Source: Thermoproteota archaeon (lineage in GTDB: Archaea > Korarchaeota > Korarchaeia > Korarchaeales > Korarchaeaceae). From it: 27,173 bases of DNA. The notes below the pieces were generated by a model. The model had not been told where the DNA came from, did not search any database, and worked only from the letters and a program-made list of their open reading frames with translations. Positions 1 through 9,081 of the stretch are shown one piece after another. The DNA is taken from contig WALU01000045.1 in NCBI GenBank assembly GCA_015522685.1, forward strand, positions 1 to 27,173, in the 5' to 3' direction. Within the stretch, counting starts at the first letter, position 1, and each line of letters begins with the position of its first letter. A program made the position numbers and the translations under genes.

Positions 1-217
1 AGTTGACCCTTCTGATAATTAAAAGTAAGATGAATCTCACTGGATATTTATCAAATAAACTTAATTCCATCCGAGCTGCTCTGTGATTCCTTAGCGACTT
101 TCTGTTGATATCTACTAATTAATAGCCTTAGCCTTAAGAGGCTCTCATTAATCACATGAACTAAACTAAAAGCCTAGGCGAGCTGCATATCTCTACTACG
201 AGAACATAGATGGCATC

Positions 218-1459
218 TCAGGGCTGGAAGTCTGTCGCAGGGATTCCGAACCCTTCCTCCACCTTGGGACCTTCATCATACGCCAAGATCCCCCTTAAAA
301 ATACCTTTTCAACGCACCAATACAACTCCATTCCTCCTATTGCTGTAGATTTGGCCTTAGTGTATAATTCATCGTCACGCACCTTCCACTTCTTCTTTTT
401 GAGGATTACTAGGTCTGCTGCGTTACCTACTGCCACACCTCCCCTTCGCAACCCTAGGTGCATGGCAGGCCTCGAACCATACATGTCCACGATCTGGGCA
501 GGTAGCTCTCCACTTGCTATCAGAGTCATTAGGAAGGGGGCCATTACGTCGAGCCAAGGGATACCGGGAGGCATCTCCTCATAAGATCTGGACTTCTCTT
601 CTAGGCCATGGGGAGCATGATCGGTAACGAGGAAGTCAGCCATTCCTGATATCGCCATAGATCTAAATTCCTCCATGACAGGCTTTGGCCTGAGAGGAGG
701 GTTCACCTTGGCTAGGGGCCCCAATACATCCGAATTCTCAGCGCTGAACAGCAGGTGATGAAGCGCGACCTCAGCGCTGGAATCTATTCCTCTCATCTTA
801 GCATCCTGTACCAGCCTGAGGGTGATCGGTAATGTTGAGTGGGCGATCCTCACCTTGGTTCTATGCCTTCTCGCTAGCCATAGAACTCTCCTCACTGCTA
901 CCTCCTCAGCTAGCTCCGGATGGGCTTTCCAGTGATCTTCAACTCTGCTTGGTCTTTCGGCTTCGTCCAGTATGAGAGGATCCTCTGCATGAACTACCAC
1001 CACCTTTCCAAGCTTAGAGGCTCTGGAGAATACCTCATTAAGATTATTTCTCAAATCCTCTGGAAATAGCTTGATACCAGCCACATATCTCTCTCCTGAG
1101 AGGTAAGGGTAGGCAGTGTAGAGGAGGAAATCTACATAGCTCTCTCTGCTAGCTTCTTCTAGCTTTCTATTCAGTTTTTCCTTCTCATCTATCTTGGGGA
1201 CGTTGTTAGGCATATCTACGACTACTGTGACGCCTCCATGGAGAGATGCCATTGATTCTGTTTTCCATTCCCCTTTATACCTCTGTTCTAGTCCTCTCAT
1301 GTGGACATGTAAGTCCACGAATCCCGGAAGTATTACATCAACCTCCTCACAAGAAGTTGAGGGAGCCTTAGAGACCTCTCTTATTGATGAATCGAACTCG
1401 ACACAAGCTTCCCTGAATCCTAAGGAGGGAAGGTAAACTAAACCGCAGACGCACCCCAT
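218..1459 (-). CDS. pyrC: Dihydroorotase (amidohydrolase superfamily)
   Basis: PGFVDLHVHMR metal-binding motif, GGVTVVVDMPN, KVNPPLR, TDHAPH; lies downstream of the other pyr genes on the same strand. Confidence 0.9.
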   Translation of the reverse strand: MGCVCGLVYLPSLGFREACVEFDSSIREVSKAPSTSCEEVDVILPGFVDLHVHMRGLEQRYKGEWKTESMASLHGGVTVVVDMPNNVPKIDEKEKLNRKLEEASRESYVDFLLYTAYPYLSGERYVAGIKLFPEDLRNNLNEVFSRASKLGKVVVVHAEDPLILDEAERPSRVEDHWKAHPELAEEVAVRRVLWLARRHRTKVRIAHSTLPITLRLVQDAKMRGIDSSAEVALHHLLFSAENSDVLGPLAKVNPPLRPKPVMEEFRSMAISGMADFLVTDHAPHGLEEKSRSYEEMPPGIPWLDVMAPFLMTLIASGELPAQIVDMYGSRPAMHLGLRRGGVAVGNAADLVILKKKKWKVRDDELYTKAKSTAIGGMELYWCVEKVFLRGILAYDEGPKVEEGFGIPATDFQP

Positions 1460-1569
1460 TACTGACCACCGTAGCTTTCATATTTCTCGCTGAAATTCAT
1501 GCTAAGTTCGAAGCTATACAGAGCGAAATATTTAGTTATCTCACTCAAAATCAAATAAATCCCTCCCTA

Positions 1570-1704
1570 CTACTCAACCTTCTCCTGAGATTCTATTTTT
1601 TTCAACCAAATAATAGCTCTTCTTAGTAAAATATTACTCCAATTTATGTATCTATGCTTTACTATTACTCTTCTGATATCTTCCTCGATTCTGATGCTTA
1701 TCAA
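1570..1704 (-). CDS. Small VapB/CopG-like ribbon-helix-helix antitoxin (44 aa, possibly degenerate; not in ORF track)
   Basis: Manual translation from TTG: LISIRIEEDIRRVIVKHRYINWSNILLRRAIIWLKKIESQEKVE*. ISIRI...INWS..RxAI resembles archaeal VapB RHH antitoxins. A TTATATA box (1727-1733) lies about 23 bp upstream. Confidence 0.55.
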   Translation of the reverse strand: MISIRIEEDIRRVIVKHRYINWSNILLRRAIIWLKKIESQEKVE

Positions 1705-1905
1705 AGGACCACTACAAATACAGAGGTATATAAGTGATAAGCCTAACGCTAGCGTTCGATGGCATCTCTCATCGATCCTTCAGCAGTTAATTTAACTCTA
1801 TAATTAATCATAGGAAATCTATGAATATCGTGGCCTAACGGCTGAAAAGACATATCAAAGCTCCAGCTCAAGGCGAGGACATATCGAAATGCCCTTGAGA
1901 TCTTC

Positions 1906-1934
1906 CTAACTAATCTAATCTAGTCTAGTCTAGG
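1906..1934. repeat. Degenerate 5-bp microsatellite
   Basis: CTAA CTAAT CTAAT CTAGT CTAGT CTAGG read directly. Confidence 0.7.
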
Positions 1935-2444
1935 AAATGGTTATAATGGGATTGGAAGGTGTGAGTATTGCATTAATCAAGTCTCCTGATGGCCGGAATT
2001 AAATCGTTGTAATCATTTTCTCAGGATATTTCCAGATGAGATTGGTAGGAGAATACAATGATCTCATGAATAAATCTTTGGTGAATATACAATCCGTTGG
2101 CCTCAGAGAAAATTATAAGATTATTGGATTAATATGCTTTGGGCTGGCTAAAGCCATCGCTTCAGCTAAAAATAGCCATTTGCAGTGACATGTAACCGAA
2201 TATCCATTTATGAGATAAGAGTCTCCTCAATTATTTATGATTACCCACCTTGATATTAGATTAGGAGTGAAAGGTTCTTTTTAATCAAGGTATTATCATC
2301 CAAGGTGATAAATCTCTCCATCACTATCTGTTTGGCAAGGAGGCATTATGAGACTAGGATCTCTAACTTGAGTTAGTTCAGGCGGCATCAGGATAGTGAG
2401 TTCAGGTACTTCTCCTCCTAGCAAGATTATCATGTCTATTGGGC

Positions 2445-2588
2445 CTATACATATCCTCTTATTGCTCCTCGTAGAGCCTTACTTTCTCCTATATCCCCAA
2501 ACATTACCATATTCTCCGCTAAAGCTGAAATCCTCTGCCTTACTCTCACGCCAACGACTTTAGATTGAATATATGTATCATGAAGCAT
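2445..2588 (-). pseudogene. Possible second RHH antitoxin-like small ORF or remnant (47 aa)
   Basis: Manual translation MLHDTYIQSKVVGVRVRQRISALAENMVMFGDIGESKALRGAIRGYV*. The alternating strand KVVGVRV followed by helix ...AENMVxxG resembles archaeal RHH antitoxins. Confidence 0.35.
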
Positions 2589-2644
2589 ATCTCTATTGAT
2601 ATATGAATGCGACCTCAGTTAAGGATCCGAGGGGGAGAACATAG

Positions 2645-3415
2645 CTATCTCTTGGTGCTCAGTGGCACCTTCCTCCCATAGAAGTCCTTCCAGTACTTCC
2701 CGAAGTCCTTGGTCCTTAACAGCAGACGTCCATTGAACACAGGACCATCTCTGCAAACCAAGAGACCAAGAGGATCAAGGGCGCAAGCCCCGCAAATCCC
2801 AACAGCGCATCTGATTAACCTCTCTAAGGAAGCTTCCACCTCCTTCCCTCTTCTCGCCGCCTCGTTGACAACTCTAACCATCATGAGCTCAGGACCTGCA
2901 GTGAAGATGAAGTTGGGCCATTCGTAATTTACATAATCCGTCACGAGTCCCTTCAGGCCATATGAACCATCATCTGTGCTGATAATAACTTTATCAGATA
3001 GATCCTGGAGGAGTCCCTCGAGCATGACTTCTTCCCTCGTCCTAAATCCGGCGTAAAACCTGATTTTCACGTCAGATTCCCTCAGAGAATGGGCTAAATG
3101 GATAAGAGGGGCTATCCCGTATCCTCCACCAACAAGGGCAACTTTTCCCTCAGAGGGAACAGTGAATCCCTTTCCATAAGGTCCCCTAACCCAAAGGTAG
3201 TCTCCCTTGGTGAGGGAGTGAATTGCCGAGCTTACCTTCCCTACCTTAGCGACTAGGAGCCATGTCTCTCTTCCATCCATGGCCACGCCCAGAGGTATTT
3301 CTCCGACCTTAGGTACCCAAGCCATAATGTACTGACCCGGAGCAGCTCCTACACTTCCTTCTAGAACTATCCTCCTTACCCTAGGTGTGAGAGGCTCACT
3401 GATCAGTACCCTCAT
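2645..3415 (-). CDS. pyrK: Dihydroorotate dehydrogenase electron transfer subunit
   Basis: PGQYIMAW, RGPYGKGF, GGGYGIAP, TDDGSYG, and the 2Fe-2S motif CAVGICGAC...CRDGPVF. Start placed at ATG 3415 just after the pyrI stop rather than at 3442. Confidence 0.9.
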   Translation of the reverse strand: MRVLISEPLTPRVRRIVLEGSVGAAPGQYIMAWVPKVGEIPLGVAMDGRETWLLVAKVGKVSSAIHSLTKGDYLWVRGPYGKGFTVPSEGKVALVGGGYGIAPLIHLAHSLRESDVKIRFYAGFRTREEVMLEGLLQDLSDKVIISTDDGSYGLKGLVTDYVNYEWPNFIFTAGPELMMVRVVNEAARRGKEVEASLERLIRCAVGICGACALDPLGLLVCRDGPVFNGRLLLRTKDFGKYWKDFYGRKVPLSTKR

Positions 3416-3419
3416 GGGC

Positions 3420-3893
3420 TTATGTCCCTGTGAGCTGGGCAATCACTTCATCCTCCGTCAGGTATTCACCGCAATATTCGCATACAAGCTTCAATGGCTT
3501 CTCTGAGATTACTGTGAACACGGGTCTAGCTGCCTCTCTAGGGGCATTGGTGATGCATTTAGGGTTAACGCATTTCAATATCCCCTCTATCCTCCTTGGA
3601 AGCTCTACCCTCCTCTTGTTTGCAACATCGTAGTTTCTCACTATGTTTATTGTGGCTGTGGGAGCCACAAGGGCTATCTTATCCACTTCCTCCTTGCTCA
3701 ATTCCTTTCCCTCCACCTTCACTATATCCTTCCTTCCTAACTTCTTGCTACTAGTATTCATGACGAGGGATACCATCAATCCTTCCTCTCCAGTTATCCC
3801 CAATATCTTAAGGACCTTCAAGGCCCTTCCAGCAGGTATGTGATCTATTACAGTTCCGTTACTTATCCTCCTCACAACAAGCTCCTCGCTCAT
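3420..3893 (-). CDS. pyrI: Aspartate carbamoyltransferase regulatory subunit
   Basis: GTVIDHI, KDIVKVE, Zn ligands CVNPKC and CEYC; overlaps the pyrB stop. Confidence 0.97.
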   Translation of the reverse strand: MSEELVVRRISNGTVIDHIPAGRALKVLKILGITGEEGLMVSLVMNTSSKKLGRKDIVKVEGKELSKEEVDKIALVAPTATINIVRNYDVANKRRVELPRRIEGILKCVNPKCITNAPREAARPVFTVISEKPLKLVCEYCGEYLTEDEVIAQLTGT

Positions 3894-4780
3894 GCTACCA
3901 CCTCACTAAGAAGGGCCATCCTAACAGGGACTCCATTTGCTGCCTGCTTGAAGTAAAAGGCGTGCTCTGTTTTATCCACATCTAGTGATATCTCATCTAC
4001 TCTAGGTAGTGGATGCATTACTGCTAGGGAAGTCTTAGCATTCTTAAGCAAGTTGGTGTCTATTCTATAGCTTCCTTTCACTCTCTCGTACTCCGCTGGA
4101 TCAGGAAATCTTTCTTTCTGTATTCTAGTTACATATAGAACATCCAGCTCTGGAAGAATATCATTGAGGTTGGCGAACTCCCATGGCATCTTAAGAGAAT
4201 CTAGGAGCTCCTCCTTTGGTCTGAGGCTCTCTGGGGCTATTAAGTAAACTTTCCTCGGCGAATATAGATTCAAAGCTCTAAGAAAGCTTCTTGCAGCTCT
4301 TCCATATCTCAGATCGCCTAAGACGCCATATGTCATGTTATCTATACCTTTCTTTTCTCTCCAAATTGTGTAGAGATCTATTATGGCCTGAGTGGGATGC
4401 CTCTTGGAACCATCTCCTGCATTAATCACTGGGGATTCAGCAAGCTCAGCTGCTAACTTTGCAGCGCCTTCTAGGCGATGCCTCACCACTATCACATCTG
4501 CATATGCATCGAGCATCCTAACAGTATCAGAAAAGCTCTCTCCTTTAGCTATAGAGGTTGCCTGTGTTGTACCAAATCCTATGTAGTTTCCACTCAGCCT
4601 GAGAGTAGCTGTCTCAAAGCTCATCCTAGTTCTGGTGCTTGGCTCAAAAAACGCGAGAGCGATAACCTTTCCCCTCAATTCATCTCCCTCAAACTTTGAT
4701 GATGCTATTCTGAACAATCTTTCAAGGTCATTTCGAGTAAAATCTAGGATGCAAAGAACATCCTTACCCGTAAAACTCAA
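3890..4780 (-). CDS. pyrB: Aspartate carbamoyltransferase catalytic subunit
   Basis: [30 protein letters not shown] motifs; TTG start preceded by GGTGA. Confidence 0.97.
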   Translation of the reverse strand: MSFTGKDVLCILDFTRNDLERLFRIASSKFEGDELRGKVIALAFFEPSTRTRMSFETATLRLSGNYIGFGTTQATSIAKGESFSDTVRMLDAYADVIVVRHRLEGAAKLAAELAESPVINAGDGSKRHPTQAIIDLYTIWREKKGIDNMTYGVLGDLRYGRAARSFLRALNLYSPRKVYLIAPESLRPKEELLDSLKMPWEFANLNDILPELDVLYVTRIQKERFPDPAEYERVKGSYRIDTNLLKNAKTSLAVMHPLPRVDEISLDVDKTEHAFYFKQAANGVPVRMALLSEVVA

Positions 4781-5370
4781 TATCTCACCTCCTTAAGATA
4801 CATAGAGGCGTAAATCTTCTCCTTCTTGGAGAGATCATTATATATAGATCTAACAATATCAGGGAGGGTGGCTAAGCTATTCAGATTCACACCTTCCTCT
4901 CCAAGAGACTCTTTAGCTCCCTGGATCCTATCAACGACAACCCAAGCATCTCTTACCTCAGCACCCTTCTCCCTCACAGCCTTCACTGCCCTGAGTAGGG
5001 ATCCACCTGTGGTAGCTACATCATCTATAACGATATACTCACTCCTATCTACTACTCCCTCAAGTCTGCTCATAGTCCCATGTTCTTTCTTCTCCTTCCT
5101 AACATAAACTAGAGGTCTTAAGAGAATCATAGCAACTGCTGTCGCTAGCGGGAGACCTCCTACTGCTACGCCACATATTCCAGCATCTTTCTCACTTATG
5201 TTGATGGAAAGTTCGCCTGCCAGCAGTTTGAACTCCTCCGGAAATGAAGGAAGCTGCCTGAGGTCGACGTAGATACTGCTCGCCTTTCCTGAAGTTAGGA
5301 GGAAATCTCCAAATCTCAGCATATTCCTCTCAACTAGGAGTTTCCCTATCTCACTTGCTTTTATTACCAT
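4777..5370 (-). CDS. pyrE: Orotate phosphoribosyltransferase
   Basis: FLLTSGK...YVDLR, VRKEKKEHG, PRPP motif IDDVATTGGS. Confidence 0.95.
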   Translation of the reverse strand: MVIKASEIGKLLVERNMLRFGDFLLTSGKASSIYVDLRQLPSFPEEFKLLAGELSINISEKDAGICGVAVGGLPLATAVAMILLRPLVYVRKEKKEHGTMSRLEGVVDRSEYIVIDDVATTGGSLLRAVKAVREKGAEVRDAWVVVDRIQGAKESLGEEGVNLNSLATLPDIVRSIYNDLSKKEKIYASMYLKEVRY

Positions 5371-5990
5371 AAATTATGCCTCTCTACTTTTACTATGCCT
5401 TCAGCTGCCTTCACGGGATCCTTACTTCTTAGGATGGATCTTCCAATTATCTCGAAATCGGCTCCAGCCTCCAAAGCGGATCCAGGCTTAGCTCCCTGAA
5501 ATCCTACACCTGGGGAGAATATCCTAACCTTAGGCAAGCGTCTCCTAGCTTCTCTAATCATCTCAGGCCTAGTTGCCCCGACAACTATCCCCCAGATATT
5601 CAAGAGATCTGCTATCTCCAATAGCTTGATGAAGTTTTCCCTTATCAGCCTGGCCTCAGGATGGCTCATTCCTGCAACTCCGATCAAGTCTAGTTTACTA
5701 TCATATCTCTTATGTCCAGTGAAGAGGTGGATTATTACTCCATCCATATTCATATCCTCAAATTTCCTTAATATATACCGGACAACATCAGGTATATCTG
5801 CTAGCTTAAAATCGGCTATCCAGTAATATTCAGGATACCTCTTTACTATCTCAGAAATGCCTTCCCATCCTATCATTAGACTAAGAGGAAAACCTACCTT
5901 AACGCCAGCTACCAGATCCTTTAAGCTATTTAGAATGTTATCCAGATCCCCAGAAGGAAAATCAAGGGCAAGAATGAGCCGAGAATCCAA
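5364..5990 (-). CDS. pyrF: Orotidine 5'-phosphate decarboxylase (true start may be 6023)
   Basis: LILALD, GVKVG, DFKLADIP, SPGVGFQG, IIGRSI motifs. Confidence 0.95.
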   Translation of the reverse strand: MDSRLILALDFPSGDLDNILNSLKDLVAGVKVGFPLSLMIGWEGISEIVKRYPEYYWIADFKLADIPDVVRYILRKFEDMNMDGVIIHLFTGHKRYDSKLDLIGVAGMSHPEARLIRENFIKLLEIADLLNIWGIVVGATRPEMIREARRRLPKVRIFSPGVGFQGAKPGSALEAGADFEIIGRSILRSKDPVKAAEGIVKVERHNLW

Positions 5991-6051
5991 ACGAGAAGAT
6001 CTCTCCAGAAGCTTGTTTTCTATTAGAACCCTTCCTTAAGCAAGGTTTTCT

Positions 6052-6066
6052 CCTTATAAATTCTAG
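6052..6066 (-). promoter_or_regulatory. Putative archaeal TATA box of the pyrF-E-B-I-K operon
   Basis: Minus strand reads CTAGAA-TTTATAA (TATA at 6054-6060). Confidence 0.55.
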
Positions 6067-6146
6067 GGGGTTGAATAGGAGTCCGCCTAGCCTACTTTTG
6101 ATGATAGTTACAGGAATGCCTAACTCCAAAGAGCCCATCGAGTGAG

Positions 6147-7445
6147 TTATGAAGGGACTATCTCCTTAAGGTGCTGTGTGGGAATGGACATTTCCCTATC
6201 CGGTCCAACGCCGATGAGAATTGTTTTAGCTTCTACTTCCTTCTCCACGAATGAAACGTAGTTCCTGACTTCCTCTGGTAAGGAGTTCCATCCCCCCTTC
6301 ACGAACTTCTTCCAATCATCTACTTCCCATCCTTCAAGCTCCTTGTATATAGGCCTAGCTTTCTCTAGCTCATTCACATAGGGGGGTGCTATCTCAACTT
6401 CCTCGCCATCAATCTCATAAGCTACAGCTATCTTAATCTTATCCAGCCCTGAAAGGACATCAAGCTTCCTCATGGCTAGGTAGCCTACACCATTAATCAT
6501 CGCGGAATACCTAAGCATTGGTAAATCTAGCCAACCGACCCTCCTAGGCCTGCCTGTGGTGGTCCCATACTCTCCGCCCTTATCTCTTATGTAATCAGCT
6601 ACATTTCCACTTAGCTCAGTGGGAAAGGGTCCCTTTCCCACCCTAGTGGTGTAAGCCTTCATAACTCCAACTACTGAATCTATTGCAAGAGGACTTATCC
6701 CAGCGCCTGTGCAAGCTCCCCCCGCCACGGGATTAGAGGAGGTAACGAAGGGGTAGGTCCCATGATCTACATCAAGCATAGTTCCTTGAGCTCCCTCGAA
6801 TAAAACGAACTTGCCTTCAGCGATCGCCCCGTTCACCTCCAAGTGATCATCGCCAACGAAAGAAGATAGAGAATTCCTCCATTCCTCTGCCTTAGTCAGC
6901 AATTCCAGATAATAATCATCAATGCTTCCAGTAAGTATGCCAGCATTTCTAAGTTCACTTTCCTTAATCTCCAATACCTCCTTCAATCTTTGAGGAAAAT
7001 TAGAGCTAAATAAATCGGCAACCTTCAGACCGGTTACCCTAGCCATCTTATCCTGATAAGCTGGTCCTATACCTCTCTTGGTCGTCCCTAGCCTCCCGCC
7101 AGATATGACGGAATCAAGCCCCTTGTGATAAGGTAGAAGGAGCGTAGCTTTGAGAGATACCAGCACGTCTATATTTCTGCCTCTAGATTTTAGATCTCTA
7201 AGCTCTTCTAGGAAGACTTCTGGGTCGAATGCTACTCCTGCACCTAAGACGCCTTTTTTTTCCCTAACAACACTTGAGGGAATCAAATGGAGTTTATACT
7301 CTTCACCATTTGCTACTACCGTATGACCAGCATTACTTCCACCGTTGTACCTTACTACTAAATTGGCCCATTCTGCAAGGTAATCTACCACAGCACCTTT
7401 GCTCTCATCACCGAATTGCATGCCAACAACAACTACTGCAGGCAT
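6147..7445 (-). CDS. purA: Adenylosuccinate synthetase (full-length 432-aa type)
   Basis: GDESKG P-loop, NAGHT, GTTKRGIGPAY, EGAQG, GTYPFVTSS, TTTGRPRRVGW. Confidence 0.97.
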   Translation of the reverse strand: MPAVVVVGMQFGDESKGAVVDYLAEWANLVVRYNGGSNAGHTVVANGEEYKLHLIPSSVVREKKGVLGAGVAFDPEVFLEELRDLKSRGRNIDVLVSLKATLLLPYHKGLDSVISGGRLGTTKRGIGPAYQDKMARVTGLKVADLFSSNFPQRLKEVLEIKESELRNAGILTGSIDDYYLELLTKAEEWRNSLSSFVGDDHLEVNGAIAEGKFVLFEGAQGTMLDVDHGTYPFVTSSNPVAGGACTGAGISPLAIDSVVGVMKAYTTRVGKGPFPTELSGNVADYIRDKGGEYGTTTGRPRRVGWLDLPMLRYSAMINGVGYLAMRKLDVLSGLDKIKIAVAYEIDGEEVEIAPPYVNELEKARPIYKELEGWEVDDWKKFVKGGWNSLPEEVRNYVSFVEKEVEAKTILIGVGPDREMSIPTQHLKEIVPS

Positions 7446-7591
7446 GATTCATTACCTTTATCTTCGCCAATTCTTAGATATAAGGAGAACGATTGAGGCC
7501 ATCTCCTAAGAAGTACATATGAATTAATCAAACAATAATCATAAAACCTGTTGCTTTTAGCTTAATCCAATTTCCATTACAGGGATAGTAT

Positions 7592-8140
7592 ATGGGTTTA
7601 ACCGATGGAAGGGGAAAGATAATTGAGGAGATAGTTGAGAAAGAGTACAAAATGTTCGAATCCCTGATAGTTAGAGACTTGGATAGATGCAAGGATAATC
7701 CTAGAACATTTAAGCTCGTTAGGTGGGCGTACTTCTCAGTTTTTTCTAATGAAGCACTTCAATCCTACTTGATGGATTTGGAGGAAGCAGAAAAGCATAA
7801 TAGAAACTTGTTAGAAGAGAAATATGCTAGAATAGATGAATTAATCCCTCGGATAAAGGAGAACTCGTTGATAGATAAGATAGTGGCAATAAGATTGGAG
7901 TGGATGAGGGAACTTGCTTCTAAATACCCTTATACTTTCCAGATGGATGATACAAGCTTTACCATATATCTAAGGAGCGAGCTAGAGACTTATTCTGATA
8001 GAACTCTAAAGCTGATTTATAGAGACCTCCAAAAAGCTTTGAAAGAAGGGAAAAATCTACTAAAAGAGCAGTATGAACATCTTTTCAGTAAGGTAGGTTA
8101 CAACTCTCTCGAAGAGGTCGAAAGAAGGAAAGTAGGCTAA
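7592..8140 (+). CDS. DUF4125-like protein of unknown function, internally duplicated
   Basis: SYLxDL...RNLLxEKYAR and YLRSELETYSDRTL...GKNL segments resemble DUF4125 as I recall it; its stop overlaps the convergent activase stop by 4 bp. Confidence 0.7.
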   Translation: MGLTDGRGKIIEEIVEKEYKMFESLIVRDLDRCKDNPRTFKLVRWAYFSVFSNEALQSYLMDLEEAEKHNRNLLEEKYARIDELIPRIKENSLIDKIVAIRLEWMRELASKYPYTFQMDDTSFTIYLRSELETYSDRTLKLIYRDLQKALKEGKNLLKEQYEHLFSKVGYNSLEEVERRKVG

Positions 8141-9036
8141 CCACCTACCCTAACCAGTAAATCATACTCCTCTAGCAGACCAACAACCTTGTTTATGAGT
8201 TGCTGGCTTGGCTGTTCGAATTTTTTCTGCGTTTTATCTAATCTCTCTGCCTTACTCACCCCTAATGGGTGGTATGGAAGCACATTTAACTGCTCTACGT
8301 TTCTGAATGTGGAAACAAACTCGCCCATAGCCCTAATGCTAGCTTCATCATCATTTACTCCCGGAATTAGAGGGAACCTTACCCATATTCTAGCCCCAAG
8401 ATCATCTAATAGCTTTAAATTGCTTAATATGAGATCATTCCTGACTTCCGTATACAACAGATGCTTTTTAGGATCCATTATCTTCAAATCATAGAGAAAA
8501 AGATCAGTAAATCTGCATACTTCTTTCATAACCTCCTTGCTGGCATATCCAGATGTATCAACTGCAGTATGTATTCCCTTGCACTTGAGCTCCTCAAGGA
8601 ACCTTACGACGAACTCATGCTGCATTAGAGGTTCTCCACCTGAAACAGTAACACCTCCTCCCGATTCATCGTAGAAAGGTCTATCCTTTTCTATCTCTTC
8701 AAGAAGTTCCTGAATTGTGTACCACTTCCCAGCCATCTCCCTAGCTCCAGTTGGGCAGTGCTCCACGCATATACCGCAATTATCGCATAGCTGCCTATTT
8801 GTAACCACCTTTTCATTGACTATACTTACCGCTTTCTGAGGGCAAACTTCCACGCATGTGCCGCAGATAATGCATCTACTCTCATAATACATCATCTCTG
8901 GATAGAATTCTTGTCCTTCTGGATTGTGGCACCACCAGCATCTGAGAGGACACCCCTTAAAGAAGATAGAAGTCCTTATACCAGGTCCGTCATGAATCGC
9001 ATATCTCTTTATGTCAAATATCAAGGCCTTTAGCAT
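8137..9036 (-). CDS. Glycyl radical enzyme activating enzyme (radical SAM, with 2x[4Fe-4S] ferredoxin insert)
   Basis: HDGPGIRT, GCPLRCWWCHNPE, CIICGTCVEVCP, CDNCGICVEHCP, GGVTVSGGEP; GGTGA RBS at 9041-9045. Confidence 0.95.
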   Translation of the reverse strand: MLKALIFDIKRYAIHDGPGIRTSIFFKGCPLRCWWCHNPEGQEFYPEMMYYESRCIICGTCVEVCPQKAVSIVNEKVVTNRQLCDNCGICVEHCPTGAREMAGKWYTIQELLEEIEKDRPFYDESGGGVTVSGGEPLMQHEFVVRFLEELKCKGIHTAVDTSGYASKEVMKEVCRFTDLFLYDLKIMDPKKHLLYTEVRNDLILSNLKLLDDLGARIWVRFPLIPGVNDDEASIRAMGEFVSTFRNVEQLNVLPYHPLGVSKAERLDKTQKKFEQPSQQLINKVVGLLEEYDLLVRVGG

Positions 9037-9055
9037 TTAATCACCAATTTAGCAC

Positions 9056-9079
9056 AAAAGAAGAAAAAGAAAGGAGAAA
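9056..9079 (-). terminator. U-rich terminator-like tract between GRE and activase
   Basis: Minus strand TTTCTCCTTTCTTTTTCTTCTTTT directly after the GRE stop. Confidence 0.45.
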
Positions 9080-9081
9080 TG

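Noticed and set aside
1-217. Minus-strand fragment LVDINRKSL as a possible Rossmann-fold remnant
   Set aside because: Too short, with adjacent stops; no further support.
1745-1756. 12-bp palindrome AACGCTAGCGTT upstream of the antitoxin-like TATA box
   Set aside because: Single occurrence; cannot be distinguished from chance without conservation data.
6078-6127. Possible stem (GGAGUU/GACUCC) between purA and pyrF as a pyr riboregulator or C/D sRNA
   Set aside because: Only 6 bp, upstream of the pyr TATA box, and the TGATGA inside has no matching CTGA D box.
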